From assembly GCF_009914755.1 (NCBI RefSeq), contig NC_060936.1: DNA of 64,000 nt; one strand, 5' to 3'. Below, piece by piece: positions 1 to 12,604 of this stretch. Source of the stretch: the human T2T-CHM13v2.0 reference genome, Homo sapiens. The position numbers and the translations under genes are program-made. The notes under the pieces were generated by a model. That model was not told the origin of the DNA and did not search any database. It was given only the letters and a program-made list of their open reading frames with translations. Position 1 is the first letter of the stretch; every line of letters begins with the position of its first letter.

Positions 1-278
1 GGTAAGACACTTATAGAGAGAAGCGTAAAAACAATCTGTACACATACATAACGGTGTATTCTTATTTATTCAAAAGTATGGTTTTATTTTTTTAGAATGT
101 GCTGCATCATACCACCATTTTCTTACTTTTTCTACCTAGTATCAATATATCTTTTAAATTATTGCTTAAATATGACTTCTCCACAAATCTTCTCTGATTT
201 CTTAAATCTAAAGTATCAGTTAAAGAATTGTGATTCCATAATACTTTTACCAACCCCATCATTGATGTCATTGTTATA

Positions 279-623
279 ATTTTATTTTCTGAAATGATCT
301 GTCTTTATTCTGCTATCAGAAAACAAAAAAAAATCCCCGAGTGTAAACAGGAGAAATGTGCTACTAAGTTACTCATCATTATCTTACTATTAACAAAATA
401 AATCACTATCTATGTTTACAGTCATAGAAAAAAAAAAGAAACAGCCTGGAGAGAAGTTGGGACTTTGAGAATGGGGAGGAGAGAAGACGTGGTGGTGGGG
501 GCGGGGGCAGACACAGACTCCACATCTTGCCCTGTGGGATTTGGGGTTCCCATACTGATCGGAGGGCTGTTTAGATCTTTAGAGTCAGGTGCCGATGGGA
601 TTTGATTTCCTTAGGGAACTAAC
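279..623 (-). pseudogene. 5'-truncated processed retrocopy of an mRNA 3'UTR end (parent gene not identified)
   Basis: Flanked by a 17-bp direct repeat with 1 mismatch (TTGATGTCATTGTTATA 262-278; TTGATGTCATTATTATA 624-640). On the minus strand there is AATAAA at 304-309 and a decayed A-tail ~15 nt later (279-288). The body is GC-richer than the flanks and matches no TE I recognise. Confidence 0.75.
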
Positions 624-899
624 TTGATGTCATTATTATATCCTCTGGCACACAGTTAAGACATTAAATTTTCTAGTTAATGCAAGGTTTTCAGTTGTCA
701 TCTAGAAAATTTATTACTCTCCTGGATCTTGTGGACCTCTGCTAATTTACCTGTGAATGCTTAGGGGACCATAGGTTATGATTTGAGGGGAAAAATAATT
801 TATCTAGGTAATGGTTTTTTACAAATTAGGAGTATCCTTGCATTTAACAGTAAAAGTCCTGGATTTCAATTTGTGGAGTCGGTGAAACTACTGAGGAAA

Positions 900-1170
900 T
901 CTAAGCAGGACTAGAACATAATCGGTTTTTATACAGAGGGAGTCTTCTGCTAGTGCTATGGAGAACAGATTTGGAATTGGGAGTTGATACGACAACACCA
1001 GCAGCTTGATGACAAATAGATGAGAAATGATAAGTTCTAAGTAAGTGCAATTAGAATAAAGATAGAGGAAAAGTGACAAAGAAACAAATTTAGGAGAAGA
1101 AAATATTAGGAAATTGATAATCATATATGAGAAGTGAGAGAAAACAAATTTCAAGGCTGACAACTTTCTC
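900..1170 (-). mobile_element. L2 LINE fragment, highly diverged
   Basis: Purine-rich plus strand with L2-antisense-like motifs (GCTATGGAGAACAGATTTGGA; GAGAAATGATAAG; TTCAAGGCTGAC). Confidence 0.45.
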
Positions 1171-1785
1171 AATAAAACTGACAAGCTAAAGAATCCCTAC
1201 ACATTATTGATTGTAGTTTTTTCTTATATATGAGTGGCATTGAGGGAGTTTCAGGAAAATGATTTTTCCACTTGTTTATATTATGTAATACAAAATACGA
1301 TAATTTTTTCAGATTTCTTTATACTTCTGACTAATTTTAAATAAATGTTCTCCTTTATATCACTTGTAATTATTTTTTCTTGCCTTAGAAACATTGGAGT
1401 CAGGGATTAAATAAATTTATTGACTAAAAATAAGATTGGAGGATATATAGAATATGAGGCTGTTGATATTTCTAAAAAAATTATTGTCATTGTTTTCCAT
1501 TCTTAAACTTAACTTCCATTGAAAAATATTGTGTCAGTTATATAGATTTGTCCATTATGTCTATGGATGAATTTCCCAATAGGCCTATAAGTGAAAGTTA
1601 AATAAAAATGAACTCTAGTATTAAATAATCATGTCTATAAGAAATGGGAAATATATTTGTTTTAAATAAGAAATATCTTTAAAAATAGAGGTATTTGAGA
1701 AACAAAGGATAGAATAAGTTATAAAATAAAAATTGTCTTAATAAATTACAGGTTGAAATTATAGGTTGCCATCTCTCTCTCTCTC

Positions 1786-2042
1786 TTTTTTGACAGGGTC
1801 TCAGCCTGTCACCCAACCTGGAGTGCAGTAGCACAAAGTCGTTCATCACAACTTTCTCCTTCCAGGCTCAAGCAATCCTCCTTTCTCAGCCTCCCAGATA
1901 GCTGGGACCACAAGCGTGTGCCACCATGCCTGGCTAATTTCTGTAATTCTGTAGAGACGGGTCTTGCTATGTGGCTCAGGCTGGTCTCAAACTCCTGGGC
2001 TCAAGCAATTCATCTGCCTCAGCCTCCCAAAGTGCACCTGGC
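1786..2042 (-). mobile_element. AluJ-type SINE with a ~25-bp deletion near its 5' end
   Basis: Antisense Alu dimer (GACAGGGTCTC...CTCAAGCAATCCTCC...GCTCAAGCAATTCATCTGCCTCAGCCTCCCAAAGTGC); the TGGGATTACAGGCGTGAGCCAC segment is missing. Confidence 0.9.
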
Positions 2043-2449
2043 AGCAATCTCTCATTTTTGTAAATGTAAATGTTCTTCTTTTCTTTCAAACTTGAAACAC
2101 CATTATATTAAAAAAATAGAAATTAATTTTGATATTCTCTGATTCTTTAGTACAAAAAGTCTCTCCCAACATTTTCCAATTCAATCAGTCACCAAGTCAC
2201 GACACACTGGCTGATGAATAGCAGGAGAGACAAGGCAACTGCCACTGCAAGAGTTATAATTGTATTTCTAGAGACATGAGTCCACAAAGTTTATCTAAAA
2301 TAAAATGGTAATAACTATCAGAAGTGAATATACATAAGTGAAAATCCTGGTGGAAAGGTAGAACAGTTGTGGTTTGATATCAAGACCATAGCAACTCCTG
2401 TGCCTAAGGACCAGCTTTCTGCCCCACAATGTTTTCTTTTATTATTTTT

Positions 2450-2770
2450 TCATAGCTGAGCACCTGTCATTATTTAAGACTCAACGTCAGAGTTACTTTT
2501 TTTTTGGAGAGAGTGTTCCTGAACACATTATCTAAAGTAATGCCCCACACCTGCCCCACCTTCAGGGCTTTATCTCATTTAACTCTTCATTTTCTTCTTG
2601 ATATTCTTCACTGCTGGAATTGTCAATTACAGTCACTTGTGCAAGAGTTTGATGTCTGTCTCTCTTCATTGAGAAGAGACCCATGGAGACAGGAACATTC
2701 TCTGACTTTTACTGTTGTGATCTCAGGACACACAACAGGGCCTCACTTGTAAGAGGACCACAAAAAAGAG
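2450..2770 (+). mobile_element. L2 LINE 3' end
   Basis: L2 3'-end motifs (TTTAAGACTCAAC; TGTCTGTCTCTC...CCATGGAGACAGGAAC; CACAACAGGGCCT). Confidence 0.6.
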
Positions 2771-3360
2771 TTATAAGAAGAAGCTATAAATGGAATTTGT
2801 ATTATAGAGTGTCCTTCAGGAATATTATAGGTAATCTTTCTTAGGTTGCATAAATCATGGCTAATTGATATCAGTGTGATTTTGGACATTATAATTGCAC
2901 ACTATATGTTATAAATTTCAGCCCTCCCAGGCAAACTATGCTCAAGGGTAGTTGTTTTTAGAAATTTGACCTTCATCTCTTAAAATCTTTGGCTCTTTAT
3001 CAGTTTTCAATCCAATTTGTCAATTTTCCTTACTCTTTGACTTTACATGTTACTCATCAGCTTCTAGTGCTGAATATTATACATGGTTCTTGAAAACCTA
3101 GTTAGTACATAATATTTGTTACATACTTATTTTTGATGCCAGGTACAAAACCACATCAAATGCCCAGAAGCTAGTCAAACGATCTTCCAACTTCAAATTT
3201 AGCTTAAATAAATGAACTATGGTTTTGTTTTCTAGAACTGTCATTGGGAATTTGAGTAGTCGATCTCTGTAAATCTGTGAGAACTATGGTTAAAGGGTAG
3301 TTCAAAATCATTTGGAATAGTCGGTTCCTACTTGGCAGTTTCTGTGCCATTATATTTTTC

Positions 3361-3393
3361 TGTGTGTGTGTGTGTGTGCATGTGTGTGTGTGT
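3361..3393. repeat. (TG)n microsatellite with one interruption
   Basis: Direct reading. Confidence 0.95.
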
Positions 3394-4099
3394 AAGAAGA
3401 TGCCAGATAACATAGAAAAGTTACTAAAAGTACCTAAACATGATACACTTTCACCTATTACAGAGAGGAATGGAATCCTACATGTAAGGCACTTAGAGAA
3501 TGAGAAAAACAAAACCTTATGAGGATAACATTTTTCATAATAGAAATCAGATGTTTTCTTGTCTCAAATAAATATTACTACTTTCATTTCATTTCTATTA
3601 AGTTGCTTTCTATGCTAAAAATTATATTCAAATAAAAACAAATATTCAATTTTTAAAATTTATTTGCAAGTTAGTGAAGATATTTATCTTGGATATTTAA
3701 TAGGATTAAGTAAATAGCAAAATATTGAGTGAAGCAGTATTTGTTTTAGTTCATTAGCCTTATTGTCAGGATTTTTAGAAGACTTTTTTTTCCTTCAGAT
3801 GTATTCACTGTGTTTTCTTTATTGTGGCTAATTTTGATGGTTACTGGCATGTGCTTATTAAGACGAAAGTATTGCCATACGTTTTGACTTGTGGAATGAT
3901 TAGTGACTTCTTCTTGCTCTCCTATTTCATTTTATTCCTATTTCGTAAATAATGTCAAATTTTTCAGACATTACAACATATACTACAAATAATTGTTTAC
4001 TGCATTTTTTTTTATTTGGTGCTTTCTATTTATCCATTTGTTGTTTCTCTGTCTCCCCAACTCTTGGGGATGTAGCAAATCTTAAAGTCTTAAGATTAT

Positions 4100-4292
4100 T
4101 GTTCCCAGGTTAAGCAAAGGGGAAAAACAACAACAAAAACCAAAGGCCCACTAAAATTTCAATTTCAGATAAATAATGAATTCATTTTCAGTATAAATAC
4201 CCATGTGGTATTCGACACATGCATGATTTTTTAAAATTATTGTCTAAATTTAAAATGTAACTCAATGTCTTGATTTTTTCCTGGCAGTCCTA
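4100..4292. mobile_element. MER53 palindromic hAT-type MITE, diverged
   Basis: AAATTTCAATTTCAGATAAA...CAGTATAAATACCCATG...TCTAAATTTAAAATGTAAC...CCTGGCAGTCCTA follows the recalled MER53 palindrome. Confidence 0.7.
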
Positions 4293-4694
4293 AATGATAT
4301 GGAAGTTGTCCAACTGTTTTAGGCCCCTCAACTCTTCAATATATCACTCCTGCCTTGTATGACCCCCCAAATCTTGACTGGTTTCTCTGTTCCTCTCAGT
4401 GGCCCTGTGCCTGGGCCCAGCTTAGATTCGCAGCTTCTGGCCAATAATCAAAACAGACCATTAGAACAGGCAGAACAGAAACTTGAAATTTCTTTCCATA
4501 TAAATAAAAGTTTTTATATGGGCATAGTGACTTAACCTTCCATAAATACCAAATCCAAATGGACAGTGATACTATCTACCTATCCTTTTACATAGAGCTT
4601 TTTGTGAATGTAAATACCTGGGAAGTAAATTTGGTTGAAATTGTTTAAATTTTATAGCTACCTAAAGAACGTATCTTTTCCTAGGATGTGTTCT

Positions 4695-4696
<2 letters not shown>

Positions 4697-4731
<35 letters not shown>
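4697..4731 (+). repeat. Pure poly(A) tract, 35 nt
   Basis: Direct reading. Confidence 0.95.
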
Positions 4732-4739
<8 letters not shown>

Positions 4740-4999
4740 CTAGTGTCAACCCTGTGGTTTTAGCAAATTTAAGAAGGAAATATGTGTTGCATTTCTTATA
4801 AGCACACAATTGTATTATAAATGCATTTGGTAGGTTTGAAATTACAAATCCACATATTTGGTTAACTAATATAGGACTTTGGCTGCAGTAAAGTAAAAAT
4901 CACTAGCAAAGAAAAAAAAAAAAGAGACAGATTGCTTCTAAAGAAAGCTACAGTACACCACCCCATTCCTTCTATGGAGGTTTATTTGCCTAAATCTTC

Positions 5000-6700
5000 A
5001 TTAATGCTTTGGCAATCTATTGCCTTTAAATAAATAATTTTCCTAATTTGTCCAGATTTTTGTTTGTTTTCAATGGGATGGTTGGGCTATTGCAATCTAT
5101 TCCATATTGTTCCACATCCAGTATGATTTTGTATGAGCTATATTTTATTAACTTTTAGCTTAAAATATTTTCTTAATTTTATTATAGTTTCTTGTTTGAC
5201 CCACAGGTTACTTCAAAGTATACTTTCAAAATGGTTGACATTTTAACATTTGTATGTTTAAATATTTTTATGTTATTGAGTCATAACAATTACATTTTGG
5301 TCAGATAATATTCCATAATATTTTGATGTTTGAAACTTTGCATTTTCTTCATGGCTCATTATTTGGTCTGTTTTTGTTAATGTTCCATGTGTTTAAAATG
5401 AATATTTTGCACATCATTTATGCAGTATTTTATATGTCATGTGAGTCAAATATATTCAGTAAATTGTTTAAATATTCTACATAAATACTAACTTTTAGCT
5501 TTTTGTTCAGTGAACAACAAAAATCAAATTTATAATTTAGTATGCCTTTCCTTTTAATTCTGTCAAATTCAATTTAATACAAAATTGAAGCCAATGTATT
5601 AAGTGTAAACCAAATTAAATTTATTATATACTTCTCATTAATTAAACCTTTAATCAATATAAATTGGCCATCTATATAATTAAATTTTCTTGCCTTATAT
5701 TTTTTGTTATACTTGAAGCTGGCTTATCAATGTTAAGTATAACAAAAATTATACTTAATTTGCCTGGAATATTATTTTTTACCTTTTTACTTGACTCTTC
5801 TTGTTTCTTAATATTGTAAATGTTTTCCTTATATTGCTAGATATGTTTAGCCAGACTGACAATCTATCTTGTAAATGAAGCATTACACACATATTGTATG
5901 TATTTTATTTATGGATATAGTTGAATGTAACACCAGTGTATTCTTTGATGTCTACAATTTGTTCTTTAACTTTTCTCCCCACTGCTAATTTGCTTTATTT
6001 TGTATTTTTTTAAACTATTCCACACATTTCCTTGTATTCAATTGGTAGGTAAACATTCTTTTAGAAGTTGTCTTACACACTAATCATCAATATTTAACCT
6101 ATTAAGACCTTATTTAATTACTATCTTTCATGCCTTGTTGAATAATATAAAGATGCTAGAATACTTCATTTACTCCATAAAGACTTTTGTGCTATTATTA
6201 TTTTATTTTAAAACTCTTACTTTTAAATCTCACTAAGTTTGTTATTGCTTTACTGTATTATTAATTTTGTTTACAAAGCTTTGGTTAATTTTATTTAGGT
6301 ACACTTACCACTTTCTTGCTCTTTATTCTTTCTGCATCTCAGGACTTAGACTTGAGATAATCTTCTTGAATTACATGTCAATAATATCCATTAATGAGAA
6401 TCTACTTGTATAAAACTATCTTAAATTTTAGGGTCTGAAAATGACAGGGCATATTATTTTCCTTGAGAACATTGAAAACATCACATCACATAATTTGGCT
6501 TTCATGGTTTCCGATGAGGTGTCAGTTTTTGGTTTGCCACTGATTGAAAATAATACCGTTTTTTTCTGGCTAATGTTAATATCACTGTTATATTTAGTAT
6601 TTTCTGGTTTCACTATGATGTATTCATCTTTAGTTTCCCTTTTATTTATTCTGTTGGCATTTTGTAGTATTCTTTTTATTTTTAATCTGTGGAATCTAGG
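5000..6700 (-). mobile_element. Ancient L1M fragment (ORF1 to ORF2 endonuclease region)
   Basis: T-rich antisense L1M motifs (TCTTGTTTGACCCAC; GTTAATGTTCCATGTG; GGCTTTCATGGTTTCCGATGAG; GTTTCACTATGATGT). Confidence 0.7.
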
Positions 6701-7354
6701 TGGGTATAATCAAGTAGCATCATTAAACACCAAATATGTAGGAATACATCTAACAAATGATGCACAAAACTTCTGAAAAATAAACTACATAGTGATATAG
6801 TATTCTAACATCTTTATATCATTCAACAAGATATAAAAGATACTAATTAAATGAAATTGTAATAGGTTAAATATTTATGATTAGTGTGTAGGACAACTTC
6901 TAAAAGCAATATTAACATTAAAATGATCCAAATACATAGCAGTATATGCCATCTATATAGACTAGAAGACTCAATATTACAAAGATGTTGTTAGTTTTTC
7001 TCAAATTGAACTATGTAATGAACATATTCCCAAAGACTTCAGGCTTTGTGATATATGAAAAATGCCAAACTGATTTAAATATTTCCATGGAATGCCATAG
7101 GACAAAAATATATAAGTTAGTTTTAAAGAAGTATGACAAACTTAGGACTTATGCTTCTACATTAAAGTTTTCTATAAAGGTAGTGTAATAAAGACAAGAT
7201 GCTATTGGTCAAAAAGAAACAAATGGGCGTAAAACCTAATAGAGAATACAAAAACTAACCCACATATGGTCACTGAATTTATGAGTACAGTCCTCTAGTA
7301 AAGCAGTGAAAAAAGTGTAGTCTTTGAGTAAGTGTTGTTGAATCAGTTGGATAA

Positions 7355-7699
7355 TGTCTTAGCCCATATGTGTTGGTAAAATGAAATACCTGAAACTTGG
7401 TAATTTATAAAGAATAAAATTTTATTTCTTTATACTTTTGGAGGCTAAGAAGTCCAAGATAAAGGCACCAGTATCTGGTGAGGGCTTTCTTGCTGCATCA
7501 TCCCATGGTGGAAGATAGAAGGACAAGGGAGAGCAAGAGAATGCTGAATTTGCCCTTTTATAACTGCACCATTCCCACCTGTGAGCTGAGAGCCCTTGTG
7601 GCTCAATCATGTCTTTAGGGTCTAACTTCTTAATATTGTAACAATGGCAATTGAATTTCAACATAAGTCTTTTAGGGGACAGACATTCAGACTATAACA
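7355..7699 (-). mobile_element. MLT1A/MSTD-type MaLR solo LTR
   Basis: TGTCTTAG...GGAGGCTAAGAAGTCCAAGATAAAGGCACCAGTATCTGGTGAGGGC...GGGGACAGACATTCAGACTATAACA with TG..CA ends. Confidence 0.85.
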
Positions 7700-8139
7700 A
7701 TAGTCAAAGTGAGGGAAAAAACAATCTGGACTCCTAACATATAAGAAATCCAGGTAGATCATAAATCTAAGTTCAAAAGTTACAATACAGCTTCTAAAAA
7801 AAAACAAAAAAGCAAAAAAAAAAACAAAACAAACCCAGAATATCTTTTTATTCTTAGGGAAGGCAAATATTTTTTAAACATCACCCAAAATGTACTAACC
7901 ACAAAAGAACCTATTGATTAATTTGACTTTAATAAAATTAATAACTTCGGTTAATCAAAAGATCCATTAAGAGATGGTATTACAGAGAAAAAGTTATTTG
8001 TAATGCCTATCTATGACAAAGGAGTACTATGAAGAATATGTAAATAACTCCTATAGAGCAATAAGAAAGTCTCAGGGAACTCTATAAAAAATGAGCAAAC
8101 ACTTGAACATTAATTATTTTAAGAGGATATTCTAAATTG

Positions 8140-8262
8140 ATGAATGAGAACAATGCATATTATTCAGGTGATGGGTACCCTAAAGACCCTGGCTTGACCA
8201 TTACACCGTCTATGCATGTAATGAAATTGCACTTGTACCCCATAAATTTATATAAATATATA
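8140..8262 (+). mobile_element. Short L1 (L1MA/PB-type) 3'-terminal fragment
   Basis: CAGGTGATGGGTACCCTAAAGACCCTGGCTTGACC...ATGCATGTAATGAAATTGCACTTGTACCCCATAAATTTATA. Confidence 0.8.
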
Positions 8263-8460
8263 AGTATATAAAAAGGTATTCATAACCTTTTTTTATACTT
8301 ATGTATAACAAGCATTGGTGAGTTGTGAACCAATTTTATCTCTCGTATACTATTTGTAAAACTATAAACGAGTAAAATCACTTACTAAAACTTTTTGACA
8401 GTATCCACTAAGGCAGATGCCTTCCCTATGAATAAAAAAATTATATATATTATATATAGA

Positions 8461-8810
8461 GAGTCATATATCACATAATGACATTTTGGTCAATGATGGA
8501 CTGCATATTTGACAGTCATCCCAAAAGGTTATAATATTATGTTTTTCCTGTTTCTTTTCTATGTTTAGATCTATTCAGATACACAAATACTTACTATTTG
8601 TTACCATTGCCTACAACTTACAATATTCAGTACAACAATATGCATAGAGGTTTGTAACCTAGGAACAATAGACTATACTATATAGCTTAGGTGTATAGTA
8701 GGCTATACCATCTAGGCTTGTGTAAGTCCAGTCTATGATCACTCAATGACAAAATCAGCTAATGACAAATTTCCCAGAACATATCTTCATTGTTAAGTGA
8801 TGCATGACTG
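8461..8810 (+). mobile_element. Tigger3a (MER7A) TcMar-Tigger MITE
   Basis: Termini (C)AGTCAT...ATGACTG followed by TA; internal TAGGCTATACCATCTAGG; ~350 bp. Confidence 0.9.
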
Positions 8811-8927
8811 TATTTATATTTATAAATATGTACAAGTGCACTAAAAGAAATGAAATAGATATAAGAATTTTCATAGCAACATTATTTATTAGTTCATTCT
8901 CAATGTTCATCAACTACAGAAGGGATA

Positions 8928-9260
8928 CAGTGGTCCCAGCTTCTCCATGGAGGATATGTTCCAATGCCTCCAGTGGATGCCTGAAACCATGGATAGTATT
9001 AAACCCTATGTATATTATGTTTTTTTCTATATGGATTTTACCTATAATAAACTTTAGTTTTTAAATTGGGCACAATAAGAATTTAACAACAATAGCTAAT
9101 AATTAAAATAGAAGTATTATTACAATATACTGTAATAAATATTATGTGAATATCATCTCCGTTTTTCTCTATTTAAATACTGTAATATTTTCAGACCATG
9201 ATTGGCCACACGTAACTGAGACTGCAGAATACAAAATATCAGATAAAGTAGGTACTGCTA
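8928..9260. mobile_element. MER44A (Tigger7-derived) MITE
   Basis: TA-CAGTGGTCCC...ATGTTCCAATGCCTCCAGTGGATGCCTGAAACCATGGATAGTA...GTAACTGAGACTGCAG. Confidence 0.85.
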
Positions 9261-10607
9261 CATATAAATTGTGGTTTGTTCATACATGAAATAGTATATA
9301 ACAATAAGAAATAACAAATTATATTTACAGACAACAAGAATAAAATTCACACACATGTATTAAAGAAAAGACCCATACTCAAATGTATATCTCGTGTTAA
9401 AGCATTTTTGATAAAGTTAGAAAACAATCATGGTGAGGTAATTCAGGATGACGGTTATGTCTGGAGAGTGAAGTAACTGGGAAGGAGCATGACTGTGCAC
9501 TTTTCTGTTTGTAGATTGTAATTATTTTTTAAAGGATTTTTTAAAGTAAATTAAATGCATAGAAATTACAAATGCATTAAAAAATGAGTAAAACAAATCC
9601 TTGACTCAGTAAACATTGCATCAAAATATTGCAAAACATCAGATTCTGAGTTGTTGAAAAATTAAAGACATAAAACAAGACTTGGCTTATGTCATAGTAG
9701 GAATTAGGAGGCCTTACACATTTGTGCCACTCAGCTACTTTGTTTACAAGATTTCTGACATGTCTACACATGTATGCTTTTGAGCATGCCTGAAGAAAAT
9801 GCCTTCTCAGAAGCTTATTCTTAGTGTCATATCATGATGCAAAGATATAAAGTATCAAATCTGTATTCTAAAAATTACCATAAAATAAAAAGTTTAACTA
9901 AAAGTTATTTTTCATCTTCATTTTCTATAATTCATTTATTTTATTGTGAAGTATTTGTTAAGAGGAAACTCTACTTATTTTCCTCATTAAATATAAACCA
10001 GGTGTGCACAATTTCACACCTTTGTAATAATGGTTGTGATTCCAGTAGAAAAAATATCAAGACTAAGACAGGAATATATGTTAGCATGCATTTTCTTCTC
10101 CGTTAAAGAACATGCTGTACTTCCTTTATTTTTAAAATAGTTACTGATCACGGGGTTACAGCATTTGAAATGGACACATCATTAGAATGGAACGTGTTCC
10201 ACGTTCTTTTTCCTGAAAAGGTCAACAGGAAAGGAAAAATCTCAGAAATGGGAGTCAAGGTGTCTCCTTGCCCTATTATGGTTTCCAACTTTATGAGTTC
10301 TGAATGTCATTTATAATTTGAAAAAGTATAAGAATATAATTTTTCAAAATATTAATATTTGTTCTTGTAATAAGCATTTCAATTTTAAAGAATTTCAAGT
10401 TTATTAAAAATGAGAATCCTAGAAGTTTTAAAAATAGCAACATAAAAATAAATATCATACAATTTGATAATATGCAGGAAAAATATTAAGGTACTCCATG
10501 AATGAGAATAAAGGACATGTAAATAATCTAAAATTTTTTTATCTTTAATACATATTATTAAAATTGATTTAATTTAAAAGAATGTCTAGCAGATACAAGT
10601 ATAATGA

Positions 10608-10683
10608 AAATGGAAACCAAAAACAGCAGGGGTTGCAATCCTAGTCTCTGATAAAACAGACTTTAAATCAACAATGATCAAAG
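10608..10683 (+). mobile_element. Isolated ~76-bp internal L1PA ORF2 endonuclease fragment
   Basis: GCAGGGGTTGCAATCCTAGTCTCTGATAAAACAGACTTTAAA encodes AGVAILVSDKTDFK of L1 ORF2p; no 3' end, poly(A) or TSD. Confidence 0.9.
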
Positions 10684-12604
10684 AATAATAATTATGTTTA
10701 TAGAATATGGCTAGTGCCTTCCAGAATAAGATATTTATGTACTTTATCTTTTGTTATTTTCATGGAATTGCAACTAAAGAATGCTAAGAAAGTTATATTT
10801 GTGCTCAGTTCTGAGATTACAAAGAAATTATTTCCATTACATTCTACAAAACAGAACCTCTGAAGTTAATGTAGAACTACAACACTGAAATTTTAAAAAG
10901 GCAAATCTGAACAAAACCGTAGTCATTAAAGAAACATTTATTTATGGGTTATGTAGTTAATGTTTTTTAAGATGGAAACAGTAGTGTTTGAGGTTATAAT
11001 AATTCACTGAATTATTGTAACTCCAATATGTATGTAGAAGTGAAAACTACAATTTTTTGACATTTTATTGATTACGCTGAGAAGAGCTGAAACGAAATCC
11101 CATAATTATATGAGAAGTGTGATAAACTTCAAAGCTTAGAGGAAGAGACAGAGTTCATAAAGGCAATTTTCATGTGCTTGGCAGCTTTCATTTACACTTT
11201 TCCCTTCCTTTTTCATTTTTTTTAAATTTTGATATCTTGCAAAGAAATCTATAGGACCACAATGTTTTGAGTGGTTATAACTGTTGTGGAAAAAAGAGAA
11301 AAAAAGCAAAGTGAACTTAATCTAACAAATGATGCAGCTAAAAAAAGTCTAAATAATACCATGGAATGTTAAGTGAATAAAGAATTTTTGATAATTTGAA
11401 TGCAGAAAAGCAGTCATATAATTAATTCAATATACAACTGTAGACATATGAATATTTCAAAAAACACGTATACCTTTGGGACCATATCATATTCTTGGGG
11501 CAGGTAGTGATTAAATTTCAGTGAAGCATCAACTATCACATCAATATGGTAAATTTGAACGTATTGATTTTGGGACTTTAGTTATCTTCAATATGTATCA
11601 TTAAAATAAGTTGAATTTTAAAAGAATGTCTAACAGATATAAGTGGTTACATGCCAGTAAGTAATTATATCTTTAGAATATGATTTGTAGAGTTTGTCGT
11701 TACAGATAACCTGCTACCAGACAACATTCCAATTTCTCCACTTCCAATAACAGCAGAATTGTGATGAAGCTTCATGAAAATAGAAAATATTTTCCATAGT
11801 GATACAAATATTAATAGTATTGCATTTCTTGAAAGATCTGTGTCTACCCTGCCCTGAAAATTTCTCAGCAAGCATTTAACATATGCTACAGCCCAGAATG
11901 CCAGGCCTGCTCACGTGTTCTCTCTCTCCCTCTCTTTCTCTCTTACTCTTTTCTGACTCCCTTCTTTTTCTTCATCTTGCTATTTATTCTCTCAATTTAA
12001 AGATTTGGTTAATGGGTTATTGCTGTCTCTGTTTCTTTGCTTCCTTCAAGTTCATGTCATTGGTGGGAGTAAGGATATCTAATTTTCCACACATACACCC
12101 TTCCCAAAGAGGCATACTATGGGCATTTACACCACAGTGTTTTCTCAGTAAGATGGTAGCTGTATCCAGTTTTTTGAAAGAACATATTTCCACACTAATT
12201 TACTGCTTGGAATAGTTCATAAATTTTATGAATTAGTTTAGAAGATTTAATACTTTTATATATAAAAAATATGTTAGCTAATAACTAATCAAGGAAAATA
12301 TGGGGGCAAATCTTAGCATTGCAAGCTAACTAAATAGTTCCAAACAGTTTATGGATCAACAAAATCTTTTATGAATCTGATAAAATCTATGGACATCCAA
12401 TATGGACTCCACATTGCAAACCTTTGGCTAGATGAATGTCAGGGGCCTTCAAACTCTGTTGTTCTAAGTTTATCAGTTACATAAATTTCACACTGGTTAA
12501 ATTATTTTTATTCTTATAGTGGCAAAACCATAATACCATTATAGTGAAAATGAAAATAAAATACAAATTAAAAAGTAGCCTCAAATTACTAAGCAATTCC
12601 TTTT

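Larger units (their letters stand above)
6710..9540 (+). mobile_element. Ancient L1M (L1MC/ME-like), ORF2 3' half and 3'UTR, interrupted by MLT1A, an L1 3' fragment, Tigger3a and MER44A
   Basis: AAATATGTAGGAATACATCTAACAAATGATG (KYLGINLTKD-like); GAAGACTCAATATTACAAAGATG; TTCATAGCAACATTATTT. Confidence 0.75.

Noticed and set aside
1-10. GGTAAG at the window start as a splice donor
   Set aside because: No upstream sequence is available to show an exon, and the motif is common by chance
4100-4292. MER53 as a miR-1302 precursor
   Set aside because: The region matching mature miR-1302 (TTGGGACATACTTATGC) has decayed to TTCGACACATGCATG, and the arms are poorly complementary
12330-12470. Possible MER103/MIR3 remnants
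   Set aside because: Too diverged to call by eye
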